Source: an uncultured Clostridia bacterium
GTDB taxonomy: Bacteria; Bacillota; Clostridia; Christensenellales; UBA1242
Direction: 5' to 3'
Length of the DNA stretch: 64,000 nucleotides
Assembly (NCBI GenBank): GCA_944349415.1
Contig: CALVMX010000001.1
Location: forward strand, 45,677-109,676
The notes beneath the pieces were generated by a model that was not told the origin of the DNA, made no database searches, and saw nothing but the letters and a program-made list of their open reading frames with translations. Positions within the stretch are counted from its first letter, which is position 1; each line of letters begins with the position of its first letter. The position numbers and the translations under genes are program-made. This document shows, piece by piece, positions 35,415 to 48,800 of the stretch.

Positions 35415-36866
35415 TTAAAGGATAGGAGCACCTAAACGATAAACCGCTTGCAAAAATTTAGTATACCATCGTCGCTTTTTGTAATACGCACTGTCAAGCT
35501 TAATGGCGTTTTTAATATCCTCGGCGACAGTTTTCATGTAGCCTTCCGCCACCTCTTGAGAATACATAACAACCGTATTTTCAAAATTCAAAGCAAAAGA
35601 ACGGTTGTCGGTGTTACAAGTTCCGATAGAAATTTTGTTACCATCCACAACAAGCGCTTTAGCGTGCATAAAACCTTCATACAAGTAAACATCGGCACCC
35701 ATTAGCATCAATTCTTGTAAATAGGAAATAGATACGTGGAAAATAGCTTTGTGGTCAGGCTTTTGTGGAATAACTATGATTACTTTTACTCCGCTCGCTA
35801 ACGCAATTTTAATTGCCGACAAGAAACTTTCATCCGGAACGAAATATGGCGATTCGATAACTACATATTTCTTAGCATTGGTTATAAGTTTAATATAGCA
35901 GTCTTTAATTGTTTGCATATTAGTGTCTGGACCAGATGAAATTATCTGTAGACTCGTTTCGCCGACCACATCCACCTTTGGAAAATATCCTTCCTTAACA
36001 TAGTCATCAGGTTTTTTCTCTTCTTTTTTGCAATATCGCCAGTCATTCAAGAAGATGTTTTGTAAGATATAAACTCCGCTTCCTTCCATACGAAGATGAG
36101 CATCTCTCCAAGGTGAACACTTTTTCTTTGTTCCGTAAATATGGTCATCACGAATATTCATCCCACCAGTGTAACCGATTTTTCCATCAATAACCACAAT
36201 TTTGCGGTGGTTACGATAATTCATTTTCAAATTAATTAAACGAATATGCCCAAAAGGCGGGAAGAATTCTGCCACTTCGCCACCAGCTTTTTTTAGTTTT
36301 CTAAAGAAACGTCTTGGAGCACCTAAACATCCGATAGAGTCAAAGATAAACCTAACTTTCACGCCCTCTTTTGCTTTTTTAATAAGGATATCCATAATTT
36401 CTTTTCCTACAACATCGTCAGCAAAAATATAATATTCCATATTGATACTTTTCTTGGCATTCAACAAATCCCTTTTTAAAGCAGATATCTTTTCTGTCCC
36501 CCAACGATAAAACTCTATTTTGTTTCCAGGACAAAGAATACTCCCAAGATTATAGCAACATTTAATAATTCCGGCATCATCAACAAGTTTATCTCTCAAA
36601 TCTTCTTGCATCAAGAGGATATTTTTAATTTCCTCATTATAGTCAAGTTCGTAAAGTTTATGCTTGTTTATCATCTTTCTGGTTCTGTATGAAAGACCGT
36701 TGCCCATAACAATATAGAAGATGTAACCAATAACAGGCAAAACGGTCAAAACAGTCATCCAGCACACAATAGAAGAGAATTTTTTTCTTTCCAAGAATAC
36801 CATGGAAATCAAGAGAAGAAGGTTGATAAACCAAGAACATACATAAACCCAAAACCAAACATTCAC
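35415..36866 (-). CDS. cls: Cardiolipin synthase (PLD superfamily, two HKD motifs)
   Basis: HRKIVVIDGKIGYTGGMN and HAKALVVDGNKISIGTCNTDNRS. Two N-terminal TM helices. The GTG start overlaps the giant gene stop (GTGA). Confidence 0.92.
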   Translation of the reverse strand: MNVWFWVYVCSWFINLLLLISMVFLERKKFSSIVCWMTVLTVLPVIGYIFYIVMGNGLSYRTRKMINKHKLYELDYNEEIKNILLMQEDLRDKLVDDAGIIKCCYNLGSILCPGNKIEFYRWGTEKISALKRDLLNAKKSINMEYYIFADDVVGKEIMDILIKKAKEGVKVRFIFDSIGCLGAPRRFFRKLKKAGGEVAEFFPPFGHIRLINLKMNYRNHRKIVVIDGKIGYTGGMNIRDDHIYGTKKKCSPWRDAHLRMEGSGVYILQNIFLNDWRYCKKEEKKPDDYVKEGYFPKVDVVGETSLQIISSGPDTNMQTIKDCYIKLITNAKKYVVIESPYFVPDESFLSAIKIALASGVKVIIVIPQKPDHKAIFHVSISYLQELMLMGADVYLYEGFMHAKALVVDGNKISIGTCNTDNRSFALNFENTVVMYSQEVAEGYMKTVAEDIKNAIKLDSAYYKKRRWYTKFLQAVYRLGAPIL

Positions 36867-39800
36867 GCTGCTAGTCCCCCGTTTTCTGTTTTAAAAATTT
36901 CGTTTTGTTCTTCTCTTGTCTCCATTCTTGTCATAGACGCTCCGCTTGCCTCCAAAACGTTGGTGTTTTGAATAATTAATATGATTTTTACATAACTTGA
37001 GCCATCATTGAAATATATTTCTTTCAAAATGTAGTTTTGTGCTCTTTCTTCAGTTGTCAAAGTAATAGTGTTGCCGGTAACAGCATTTTCTCCGTTTGCA
37101 TCAAGATAATAAGTTATATATGATGAACTTAAATCAAAGTTTTGTCTTACTTGTGTTGTTATTGTGTTGAGGTCAAAGGTTTGACCTGAAGTCGTGCCTG
37201 AAAAGAAATGTTTTTCACCTAAAGGTTCATTTTGAACAACAAAATTGATGTTTAAAATAGCATATAGAATAAGGTCAGTTTCTGTGGCAGTATCGTATTT
37301 GATATAGTAAACCATATTCACATTTTTTACAAACGGTTTAGTAGCGGTCAAATCGACATTTTCAATTTCTGTTCCGTCAAAACCAGCAACAATACTGTTC
37401 CCTAAATCATCGAACTCATAGAACTTGACTTCAGTATCCTCATATGTAAAACCAGTATAGCTAGCAAGACCAATTTCACGATTGATGTAATCCATTAAAG
37501 CTTCAGTTGTATACACAACAGTTTCGCCGTTCACAGTAAAAGCAAGATCTCCGTTTTCATCAAAAGTGTATAAAGAAATATCTTTTAACGAAATCGCGGA
37601 TTCTAAACTCTCATTAGCTACATAAACTTGGTAGCTTGCTCGAGCCTCCGCACAGGTTATGTTAAGGTCAACACGATAATATTTGTCCGACATGAGCACA
37701 TAGAATTGCCCAGAAACAATGTATTGTCCGTTTGCGTCCACTGTGCTTTCGCCAATGCTGATAACTGTTGCTGAATTCAAGGTATAATTTGAAGAATTGT
37801 AATTCCACCAAGTAAGTTCGGCATCGGTAGTCTCGCCAGTAACTTCTTGAATGGCAGCTTTCGCAATACTGTCTAAATTGCTAAGTTGGAAATAGTTGTT
37901 GTATTGCGTAATAGCATTTACTTCGATGTCATCCGCGAATTTATAGAAGACAATGGTGCATCTTCTATAGGTTGTGGTGTCTCCATGAGTTTGCTCAACA
38001 AAGAATACTCTTGTTGAATTTGTCCAGTCGACAACATTTCCACTAAGACTTGTTTCCATAATCGTATAAGAACTATCAATTATCTCACTAAGCTCATTTA
38101 TCGAATCTACTTCATAAAGCTTGTAAGTATATGTCTCACCTTCTACCGTTCGAGTAAAGGTTCCATTATCTTTGTCATATACAACATCACTATAGCCAAG
38201 CCTATCAAACAAAGTCTCTTCAGAATAGAAACCACTTTCAACATTTAGACTTGCCCATTCGCCAGACACTTTTTGATAAATTGTGAAGTTCAAAGTGTCA
38301 AGATAGATATCATTGTCAGCACCCACAGTGTTGTTAGGTTGACCTGTTCCACTGAGCCAACTTATTGTCCCTGTAACATATTCGCTTAAGTCTGCAACTA
38401 CTCTCCATTCTCCATTAACGTTTTGATACAAAGTCGAAGTCGTTGCGTTGACATAGAATTTGCTTTCATTTTCTGCGGTAGGATCTGCCTCTCCCGTTTC
38501 AAAACTATTGTCGTAAGCAATATCTATAGTTGCAGTGTTTGAACTTAATCCTAAAGCTTCGTTTTCTGTATCTTCTCTAACCCAAGAAGTAATATTGATG
38601 TTAGTTGATGTGTTATAAAGATTAAATTTAACTTCATGTTTAACCAAAGTATTGTTAATAAACACGTAGAAATATTCAGTAACTTCAGTGTTCGCTTGAA
38701 GTGGATAGTTTTTAGTTGTCACAGTTTCATTGTTGTAATTATTGAGTTGATAGAAAGTGCCATTTCCAAGTAAGTTGGAAAGAACATATGTGGTATTAGG
38801 CGCTAACGCAATTTCTTCAGTGGTCTCTAAATGATTATAAACAAAGAATGTAATTCGGTAGAAGAAAATACCACCTTCTTCAACTGCCACAATTTCTTTT
38901 GTTTTTATGCCAGAAATATCACTATCTAAGAATCTATCAAAGGCAATTTGTGTTTCATTTTCCGCCGAAGAATTTCCGTCAATATCAGCCACGATTTGTT
39001 TTCCAGTCTCTACGTCATAGAAAGTTCCAGAAACTTCAGTTGTGCTCATTTCAACATTATAATCTGTAACCGTAGGACTTGCCAATGTCAAAGTGTAAGA
39101 GCTATCGTTTTCAACAAATGAAGAGGTCGTGCCATCAATTTCAGATGTTGTATATTCAGCTGAATAGATATTTGGTGCTTGAGAATTGTAAACTACGATA
39201 TTTGCAGTAAATACTCTGTAACCTATTTGAGAAGTTGGAGCACCATAAGAATCCGTGCCAGTAACATACCTATAAGATTCAACAAACATACTTGTATATT
39301 CTCCAGAAGAAGAATAAGTATAAGAATCTAAGTTGCCGTGATAGATATAATCACTATCTGCATCATCTGCTTGCACAATTCTAAATTCGTTATTGGACAC
39401 CCTATAATAAATTGTGGTTTGTTCTGGAGTTTCGGACTCGTATTGTGTTGTCTTATCAAATCTATTCTCAAAAACAAACGCTTGATTTGTCGGCACTAAA
39501 TACGTTCCAGCACTAGCAACAGAACTTGTTGTCAAAGCTTCAGCCGTTGTATTCGCTCCACCCTTAGCATAAACAGAATCGCCCTCATTTAAGATAATAA
39601 GTGAATTAGACTCTCCAACCATATAAATTCCGGCATCATCAACTATTGGTTTTTCCTCATCTTCTGAAGTATTTCTTAAAGTAAATGTGATAGGTGTGCT
39701 GTTGAGTAGGATTCCGTCAGTATCACTATAAAGTCCGTCAATACCAGAAACTCGCATATATACGTAAATTCTGACTGTATCTGATTCAATGTTGAAATCT

Positions 39801-42800
39801 TCGTTTGTTGTCACAGTTCCGTTTGCGTCTATTGTTGCGCCAGCCTCAATTTGATAGGTAAAGATGTATGGCATATTTGCTATTTGATGTGCGTTATTAT
39901 AAGTTTGTCTTTCCTCTTCTCCAGCAAGGAAAGTGAAGTAACTTGTGTAATTAATTGAAGGATTCTTGTTTGAAACATCTGCTGATGTTCCATTTTTTCC
40001 TGCCCAACTTGTTGGCGAAATAACATAGTATGTCCTCTCAGCACTTGTTCCCTCATTTGTCTTAACTTCATAATAAGAATCTACTATATAGTCATGAGCC
40101 GAAGTTAAGTTTGCAGAAATTGAACGGAAGTGAGGATAAAGTCTGAGCGAGCCTGTTTGTTGATAGAATTCCGTTTCGTTTTCCGAACCGTCGTTATAGA
40201 CAATTTCGGCTATAGAATAGATGTATCTTGTTGCATAACCGGAAGAATTTAATTCGTCTACATCTTCTATATTAAGCTCTATAGATGCAGGATTTTCAGG
40301 AGCGGTATAGCTTTCGCCAACTCCACCAAATTGTTGAAGTGAGAATGTGTAGTCGTCAGTTTCACTTCCAGAAAGGATAGAATTGCTTGAATACTTAACG
40401 TTATAGGTTGTGCCACTTGTCACATTTCTAATGTAAATGGTGTAACTTGTTTGTAAGGTGTCCGTTCCAGCGTTGCTGTTTGTGTAAGTCTCACTATTCG
40501 AAATTCTAATTTGTTCTCTATGATCATAATTTCTGCTGTTTGTTAAAGTAACATAGTTAAGGTCGGTTGTGCTTGTTCCAGAAGGAGCAATAGCATATTG
40601 TAATGAACCACCGGCACTGATTTCGATTTCAATGGTGTCGTTGTAAACAACAATACTTTCTACATTATCGTCTGTCTCAATGGTCGCATCGAAATCATCC
40701 ATTGTAATTTCTTCAGTATCTATAAAGTTTTGAGTATCTAGCGAACCATAACTGCTCCTAATAATTGTCAGAGACTGTCTGATTTGTGCCAAACTTGGAG
40801 CTAAATCTCCAGAAATTGCTAAAGTGTCAGAAGTTTCAGTTGTAAGGGTAACCACCATAACCACATTTTCCAGCGTTGTTGAATCGCCATACAACTTACC
40901 TGAGAAGTGAGGTATCGTGAAAGTTTCATCTCCTGGGTTTGATGGGCTGCTGACAACACCATTATTATAAATGTAAGCTCCACTGGTCATGGTTGAAGTT
41001 CCAACAACAAGGTCTTGTTTTTCATTATAAAGCGAATTGCCATTAAGCCCATAAGTTTCATCGCTATTAAGATCCACATATTCCACAATTTCGCCATTGT
41101 ATTCAAACCAAATGCTAGCAATTTTAATCTCGCCAAGATTAGATTCTGCATTGTAGTTTGTTTCGCCACTAAAGGAGTATTGACTTACCGCTGGAATAAT
41201 ATTTGTGTTGTAAACATTTGCTGTAAGTCCTGATAGAGTAAGTTGAAGAGCGACATCTGAGCCATAAGTTGGAGTTTGTGCGGTTGCCGATCTCACAAAA
41301 CCGTCTGGTGACACAATTGTTGCACTTCCTGCCATCTTCAAACCAAAGACAAGTCCATCTGTTGAAAGTTCAGTTATTTTTTCTCTTATACTCGTTTTAA
41401 GATTTTCGTCTTCTATCTTATTAATTGCTTCATTAATAGCGTCTTCGCCATCATTTCCGAGATAGTTTATATAAACATTATAGGTCAAAATGTTTTGATT
41501 TGTCGGAATTTCTTTAAAAACTGAGGTTGCATAGTAAGTCGTTGTTGTGACTTGTTCGCCTTCTACTGTCGATGTTTCAGTTATAGCATAAACATACACA
41601 ATTTCAAAGATTTCACTATAAATTGCTGCATCAGAAGATGAAGAAGCTGTCACATAACCATTTGTATTGCTAGAATCTGCTACTATCAGGCTTACATCCT
41701 CTAAAGTAGAATCACAATTTATGGTGTATGAATAGTCATAAGCCCAACCATTGTATGATGTTATTTCATTCTTTGGTCGTTCAACATTTGAAAGTGTTCC
41801 ACCATTCAAAGTAACATTGTAATAAGTTGAACCGACCTCTGCTTGAGAGCCTTCTATAACTGTTGTGCTGTTGATATTTGATATAAGAGGAGTGATGTCC
41901 GCCTGAACTCTGAAGTAAATTCGCACTCTGTAGCCGAAACTATCTATTGCATCAATGTAATAGTCCTTATCTCCAATACTTACATCATCAACACCAAAGG
42001 CAATAGATCCATTCGATGTGGTTGCAGCATGTGTCCTTTGATCCTCTCCTATAACCCACCCAGCAGTAGCAGAATTGCTTGGATCATTAAAATTAATTGT
42101 AGACATATAACTGTTATATTCTGCTTGAGAATCATTAACAACAAAAGTATAATTAAAGGTGTAGCCGAGATTATTACCGTTTAATAATGCTTGCCAAATT
42201 GGATAGATACTATCGTCATTGCTGTAAAGATATTGTGTTCTGTCTGTCACCTCTCCAGTTGATCTTGAAATTATATAAGGATTTCCTGCGGTGTTGGTTG
42301 CGACCGCTGTTGTCTCGCCATCAACAACTTCCATTTCTTCTATAATTGCGTCTGTATATTGTGTTCCTTCCGAAGTATTCTTAAAGGATACATCATAAGA
42401 CGGCATAATAAGAAATCTTAAATTTGCACTCACATCAACTGAATGTTCGTGTTCTATATCTAAATAAGTTGTGTAAGTTATTTTTACTAATATAAAGTTT
42501 CCGTTAACCGGCGCACCTCTTGGTGTAATCTGCCAGTCTGAACCATAATCGTCACCAGCGTTCAAAGAAGCATAGTTGGAGTCTTGTGTTTGATCGCCAC
42601 CGACTAAACCATTAGTCAAGACAGCACCATATCTTGGGAGAATACCTGTGTTATATGCTCCTTCTCGCAGTTCTTGATGAATGGCCCAAGCTTCTTGCTC
42701 TAACGGATCGGAAGAATTTGCTATAATTTGAGCATCACCAAATCCATATAATGTCACATTAAGACGACGATTTGAGGTTATATCACTTGAAGTAAGTAAT

Positions 42801-45800
42801 TCTCCTGTTTTAGCATCTCTGATACCTAAAGTTGCAAAATCTAAAATACTAACATCGCCTTCATCTACGTAAACAACTTCATAGTGACTTGACGCACTTG
42901 TTGTGACTTCAAACTGAACGTTAAGTTGAATACGATATGTGTTGTTTGTATCTATTATATTATCACTAATTATTGTTTGGTCAGTTTCAGCGTCTCCGAT
43001 CACACCGTCAATATCATTAACTAAATCATAGCCAACGCTATATTGTGTGATATTTGCCACCTGATCAGCATCAAAAGTAACATTATCCATACTTATGAAG
43101 CTTTCTTGACTGCCAGCTGACAAAACAGGTTGTCCGTCTTCATCAAAGATTTCCGAAAGACTTAAAGCATTTGTATTATTTTGAGCATCGTCTGCAGAAG
43201 TAAAGATTCCGACAAAAGTGTAGCTTCCAAGAGAAGTTAGACCTCCACCAAGTATATCTGTGTGTTCAACACGTTCTGTAGTGTTAAATTCATGAGATAT
43301 AACTTTCACTCTATCACTTTCAAGTTCTGCATCTTCATCTTCAAATCTTAAATAAAGAGTATTTTCTAAATTGGAACCTTGATCTAATTTAACAGTATAA
43401 GTCAATGTGTCGACATTTGAACGTGTGCTAAAGGTTGGTTGATTTTCTACTGCAGTAAATATGAAAGTTATTTCATCATCAATAGTATCATTTTCATCAA
43501 GTGTGCCTTCTTGAGCGCCTTCTTGACTTTCAAAAATACCGTCATATACATAGCCAGTTAAATCTTGATCGATTATTTCAGTAAATTTCCCAATTCTAAA
43601 TTGTAGAGGAATAACTATAACATCGCTATCATCGCTTGAATTTACAAATCTAATGTAATACATTTCATCTACATAGCCGTCGCCATCTTCATCTATATCA
43701 ATTTGAGTTGTTGTTTCATCCCCTTCCTCGCCACTTGTAACATTATAAGAGTCACCTTCAATATTATAACTCAAGGTATAGATAGTTTCTTCTTGAGTGT
43801 CAAGTGTAGGCTCTACTGTAAATAGATTTGTCACTTTTGCTTCCATATTTTCGGCATTCGCACGAGAGCGATAAGTGCCTTCATATGCATAACCCTCTAA
43901 ATCTGCATCAAGCTCGTCAGTCACTTGTTGTCCTGTCAAATTTTGGAAAGAGTGAGTAATTATAACATAGTCTGATGTGGTCAAACTGTCAAATCTAAGA
44001 TAGAACAATTCATCCTCTTCAAAGGTGACGCCATATTTAAGAGTATAAGTTATAGTTGGATTTATTCTTTCTGAAAGTTTGATTTCTGCAATATCGCGAC
44101 TGACTTCATAGCCTGCATACAATAACACAATTCTATTTGTTATTTGTGGCTGATAGCTAAACATAGCTGCCCAGTCAAGTGGACTTGTTCCAGCATAAGC
44201 TGCTGAGCGATTTGTATAAATTCCGTTATAAATAAAGCCTTCATAAGACCTGCCTAAGTCAACCACTGCGTCAGTGCCAGAAGAATTTGCTTGAACTTCA
44301 TAAACAAGCGGATCTTCTGAACTACCTTCTGGAGCATCATATCTAATATAATAAGTTCCAGAAGCACTATTTAAGAAATTGTATTTCAAAATTCTTCCAT
44401 ATTTAAACAATCTATTATCACTATAAGTCGAAATATCTTCTGCAAATACCTCCTCATAGTCTTCTACACGTGTAATCATGTTCGTTTCCATGGTTACTGT
44501 GCTATTATTGTTTACTATTACAGTGTAAGTTTGTGTCACGTTGTTGACTGTTAAAGTAAACACCACACTACCAGTTGTGCCTGTGTTGACAAGAGAGAAT
44601 TTCAAATTCATTGAGGCAAGACCATTGATAACACTTTTTCCGTCATCACTTAACGTTCCACTTCTAAGCGATTCTATAGGTTCTGTGTAAGTGTTGGCAT
44701 TGTTAACTAAGAGACTGACATTTTGAATTTCGCTTATATCAAGAGTGTAACTATAATCATAATTATTTACAAATGAACCCTCACTTTCTGCTGTATCCAT
44801 TCTTTCGATATAGAATCTTGAATTTGCGCCTGTATGTGTAAAGCTTGCTGCTGTATTGAAGAAGTTTGTAATCTCTTTATTGTTATCTACATATTCTGCT
44901 TCAAGCATACTGTTTGCTTTTTCTTCATCAGACATTTCTTCCACATAACTTGGAGTTGGATAGTTGGCACTTATTTTAACATTTGGCTCTACAGCAAAGA
45001 TATAATTTAAATTGAATGTGAAAACAACGTTGCCATTAAATCTGTATTGCACCACTATTTCTTCCACATATTCCTCCATCGTTTCTCCGACGGTTGGAAC
45101 AGTGATAGTATATGTGGTTGTTCCATTTTCAAAAGCAAACGCATCCAATGGATTTTCTGCATCTTCGTCTCTAAATGAAATTCCTGTGCTTACATTGTTA
45201 AAATATCTTTCAAGTGCTTGATAAAGATAACTATCTTGCTCATGAAGGTTGAGTGTAATTTGATTTTGAGAATATCTGATTCCTTCTTGTCCTACACTTT
45301 CTTGGTAGGTCAATGTTTGTCCACTTGAAATCGCACCAGAAGCAGTGAAACTCAATGTGAAATAGAAACGATAAAGTATCTCTTGAGTTGACTCAATAGC
45401 ACTTTCTGTAATTGGATATTCGCCCTCATCGTTTATTGCAATATAGAATACGTCAATTCTAGTAAGAGTTGTTCCTTCTCCGGAATCTCCTTGAACAACT
45501 AGTTCATTATCTAAATCTATTTTTAAGTAATTAACATCTTGAAGATTTTCATCTTGGAAAGTTACAGTCGAATAAGTGAATCCTTGAAGAGTAATAGGCT
45601 CAATGCTATCATCAGTTCTATAAATTTGAAGTTGTTGACCTAATGTTTCAGCATTGTCCTCCCATATAGTAGTGCCATTTGCGATAGTCAAAGTATTTTC
45701 TGACACAATATGTTCCGCCTTAATTTGAACTTGGAGCCCTTCTTGCATATGTGCGACTTGGAAAGTGCGACCGTCCTCAGCAATTTCAAAATGCACATCT

Positions 45801-48800
45801 TCATCTGTTTGCCATTCCTCTTGACTTGCTGTTTTATAGGCAACCTCTTCAAAAGTAAATTGATTTGTAGTTGAATCTAATAGAACACTTTCTCCTTTGG
45901 TTATTCCGCTCACGAAGTCAGTGATATCGTAGTCTCTTCCACCTATTACCTCTTCGCCAAAGTTTTCAGCATAAGTAATGTCGTATCCACCATCCATATA
46001 GAAAGTAATTTCAAAAATGTTGAGATAAGAAGTGTAGAATCCTATTCTAAACATGCCGTCTTCAGAAATTGCTTCGCGAGTTAGGAAAGTTAAACTGTAA
46101 ACACCATTTGAGCCTGCTCCTCTGAAGTCAAAATAGCCCACTTCCTCTTCTGGAAGGAAATAAAGTGTTGGAGTTTCAGCGTCATCACTACTCAATGTCA
46201 CAATATATCCGTCAACTGAAACATCTTCTATCGTGAATTGGTATTTGCTCACTATGCTTACAAATAACCTACCGTCTGAAACGCTTTCATTATTATTCAT
46301 ATCAACTAAAATATAGTTTCCTACATTTTCTGCGGTTATTGTGCTTTGTTCACCCAAAACATATTCTTCTTCCAAGCCTTCTTCTGCTAGTGATACTGTG
46401 TAAAGAGTGTCACCTTCGACCAGTTTAACAAATTCATATAAGTAAGAGCTTATCTCTCCTTCATTGTCACCTATTTCAATGTTTTCTGCAAAGGTTACAT
46501 GTGCAAAGAGGTCGGTGACAGGATTATAAATATCTCCCACCTGTTCTTGAACGGTTACAGTGTAACTATATTCTTCACTTATTGTTACCCCGTCATCGTA
46601 AAAACCTAAGTCGTCAGTCTCTAGAGACTCGCCTGAATCTTTTGTCACATTATAATGATACTCTGGTATACCAGAATTATAGATAATAGTATAGATCCTT
46701 TCAGATTTTATGACTTCTACGTGTTCGCTTATTAGGTCTCCTTCAGCGGTATACATGGTCAAATCATAATATTTTGCCACTCTTATTGTTATTTCTGCAG
46801 TCGTATCAAGAATATCGACGAATAATCGTCCTCCATTACTGTCTAATACAATTTGTAGATAAGACGAGTAATCAGTCATTGAGGTTCCGTTTACGACAAC
46901 ATCATAAATATAATATCTTCCCCAGGATGTTTTTTGTCTTGTATCTCCTTCAGGTATACTTTCTGGAATCTCCACAAGTTTAGCAAAACGAGAGCCACCA
47001 ACTTTAGAAGTTGAAGCATTTTTAGAAGTAAACTCTTCTTCAAAATTTATTTCAAAATGGCTATCATCCATATATTCAGCGTCATCATTGTATGGATACA
47101 TAACATCATCTAAAGTATAATTAGGTTTTATCAAAATTCTATAATACATTACATATGTAATTGTTCCTGAAAGATTTTGTGTCAAAGTTAATTGTAAAAT
47201 AGCGAAAACATCCTCGCCAGTCTCAACTGACGAATTTAGTGTGATATCATTTCCGCTTACACTAATAATATTTTCATAGCCTTCAGTCACAGAGTAAAGA
47301 GATAGGCTGCTTGATATGTTTCCACCTGTTGCCGTATTTCTATAATAGAAACCATATTGCTGATTTTCGCTAGGGTTTTCAACTGTGTCTTCATCATTAA
47401 CCTCGTAAACTATTGTGTAGGTATTTCCTGCGTAATATTCGTCATAAATATTTTTTTCTGCCATGTTGTTGAAAAAGGCTTGAAGACCAGTATCGCTAGT
47501 TTCATCTGTTGTAATATCATCAAAAGCAAAATATGTATCATCTCCATTATAATTTTCTTCATAAGCAACATAAACTAAACCTATTTTAGAAAGATTAAGG
47601 TCAATATAGATTATATCTTCCGAATTGTAAACAAATTCTATAGATTCGGATACGTTGAACAATGAAAGTTGGCTAACAGACAATGTGCTATCGAGAACAG
47701 AAATATATGAAGATGTTTCGTTAACAGCCCAATTTGCGTTTAAAGTATAATTTCCATATTCCAAAAATACAAGAACATATTTGCCATTATTCTCAAGCAC
47801 GCGATAGTCGTCGCAATCCTCATCAGTGCTATCAATTATCACACTAATAACAGCTTCGGCGTCTTTTGCATAACCCACCGAGAAATACATGGTTGAACAT
47901 TCACTTTCTAATAATTGATGTTCACTGTCGAAAAGCAAGAACTGGAATGGATTATTAGAGTTTTCTGTGTCATATAAACTAATGTTTGAGTTGATTAAAG
48001 CACCAAGATTTCCAACATAATTTCCCGCCTTGTTAATCGCAAAATCTTGAACTGTTAAAATTGAACCCTCGGAACTACTAAAACTTAAGCCTAAATTAGT
48101 ATCAAAAGCAATAACTTCTGGATCTTCAACCGTCGAATTTAAGATATAACGATCAATATATTCTTTTGCATTATATACTTCATAATAATAGCTTAATAAA
48201 GTGTTATTGCCTGTCGCTAAATCTTGGAGGTCGACAAAATCTTGATTTTGAACTAAAACATAGTTTGGATTTATAACAAAACCTAAATCAATTCGCAAGG
48301 TATAATCATTTTCACTATTATAATACAGTGTCAACTGCACAACGGTCAAAGTTTTAACATCCCCAAAGTTTAATGTTGCTTGATTGCCTTCTCCAGAACT
48401 TCCTAACCAAACAAGGTCGCTAGTTGACTGATTATTAACCGACAAAATAGCAGTCCCGCCAGTTTGACTATTATATGTCCATGACAAATCCTCTGCTCCA
48501 CTAGTATTATAGAAATAAGATATTGGAAGATAATCATCAAGGATAATACTGTCACCGCCAAATACTAACTTACTAGCTCTTGTTCCAATATCGCCATAAG
48601 TAAGATAATCTTCATACGGTTCTGAATAGGAATTAATATTATCTATATAACGAATATTTTGTAATATTACTATTGTCAGTTGTATGTTGATTAAGCCATA
48701 TTGGTCATACACATCAAACACAAGAGAGAATCCCTCTTCTGTGGCAAATAAATAATTGACATGAATAACGCTAATATTTTGAGAATTGTAACTTAAAATA

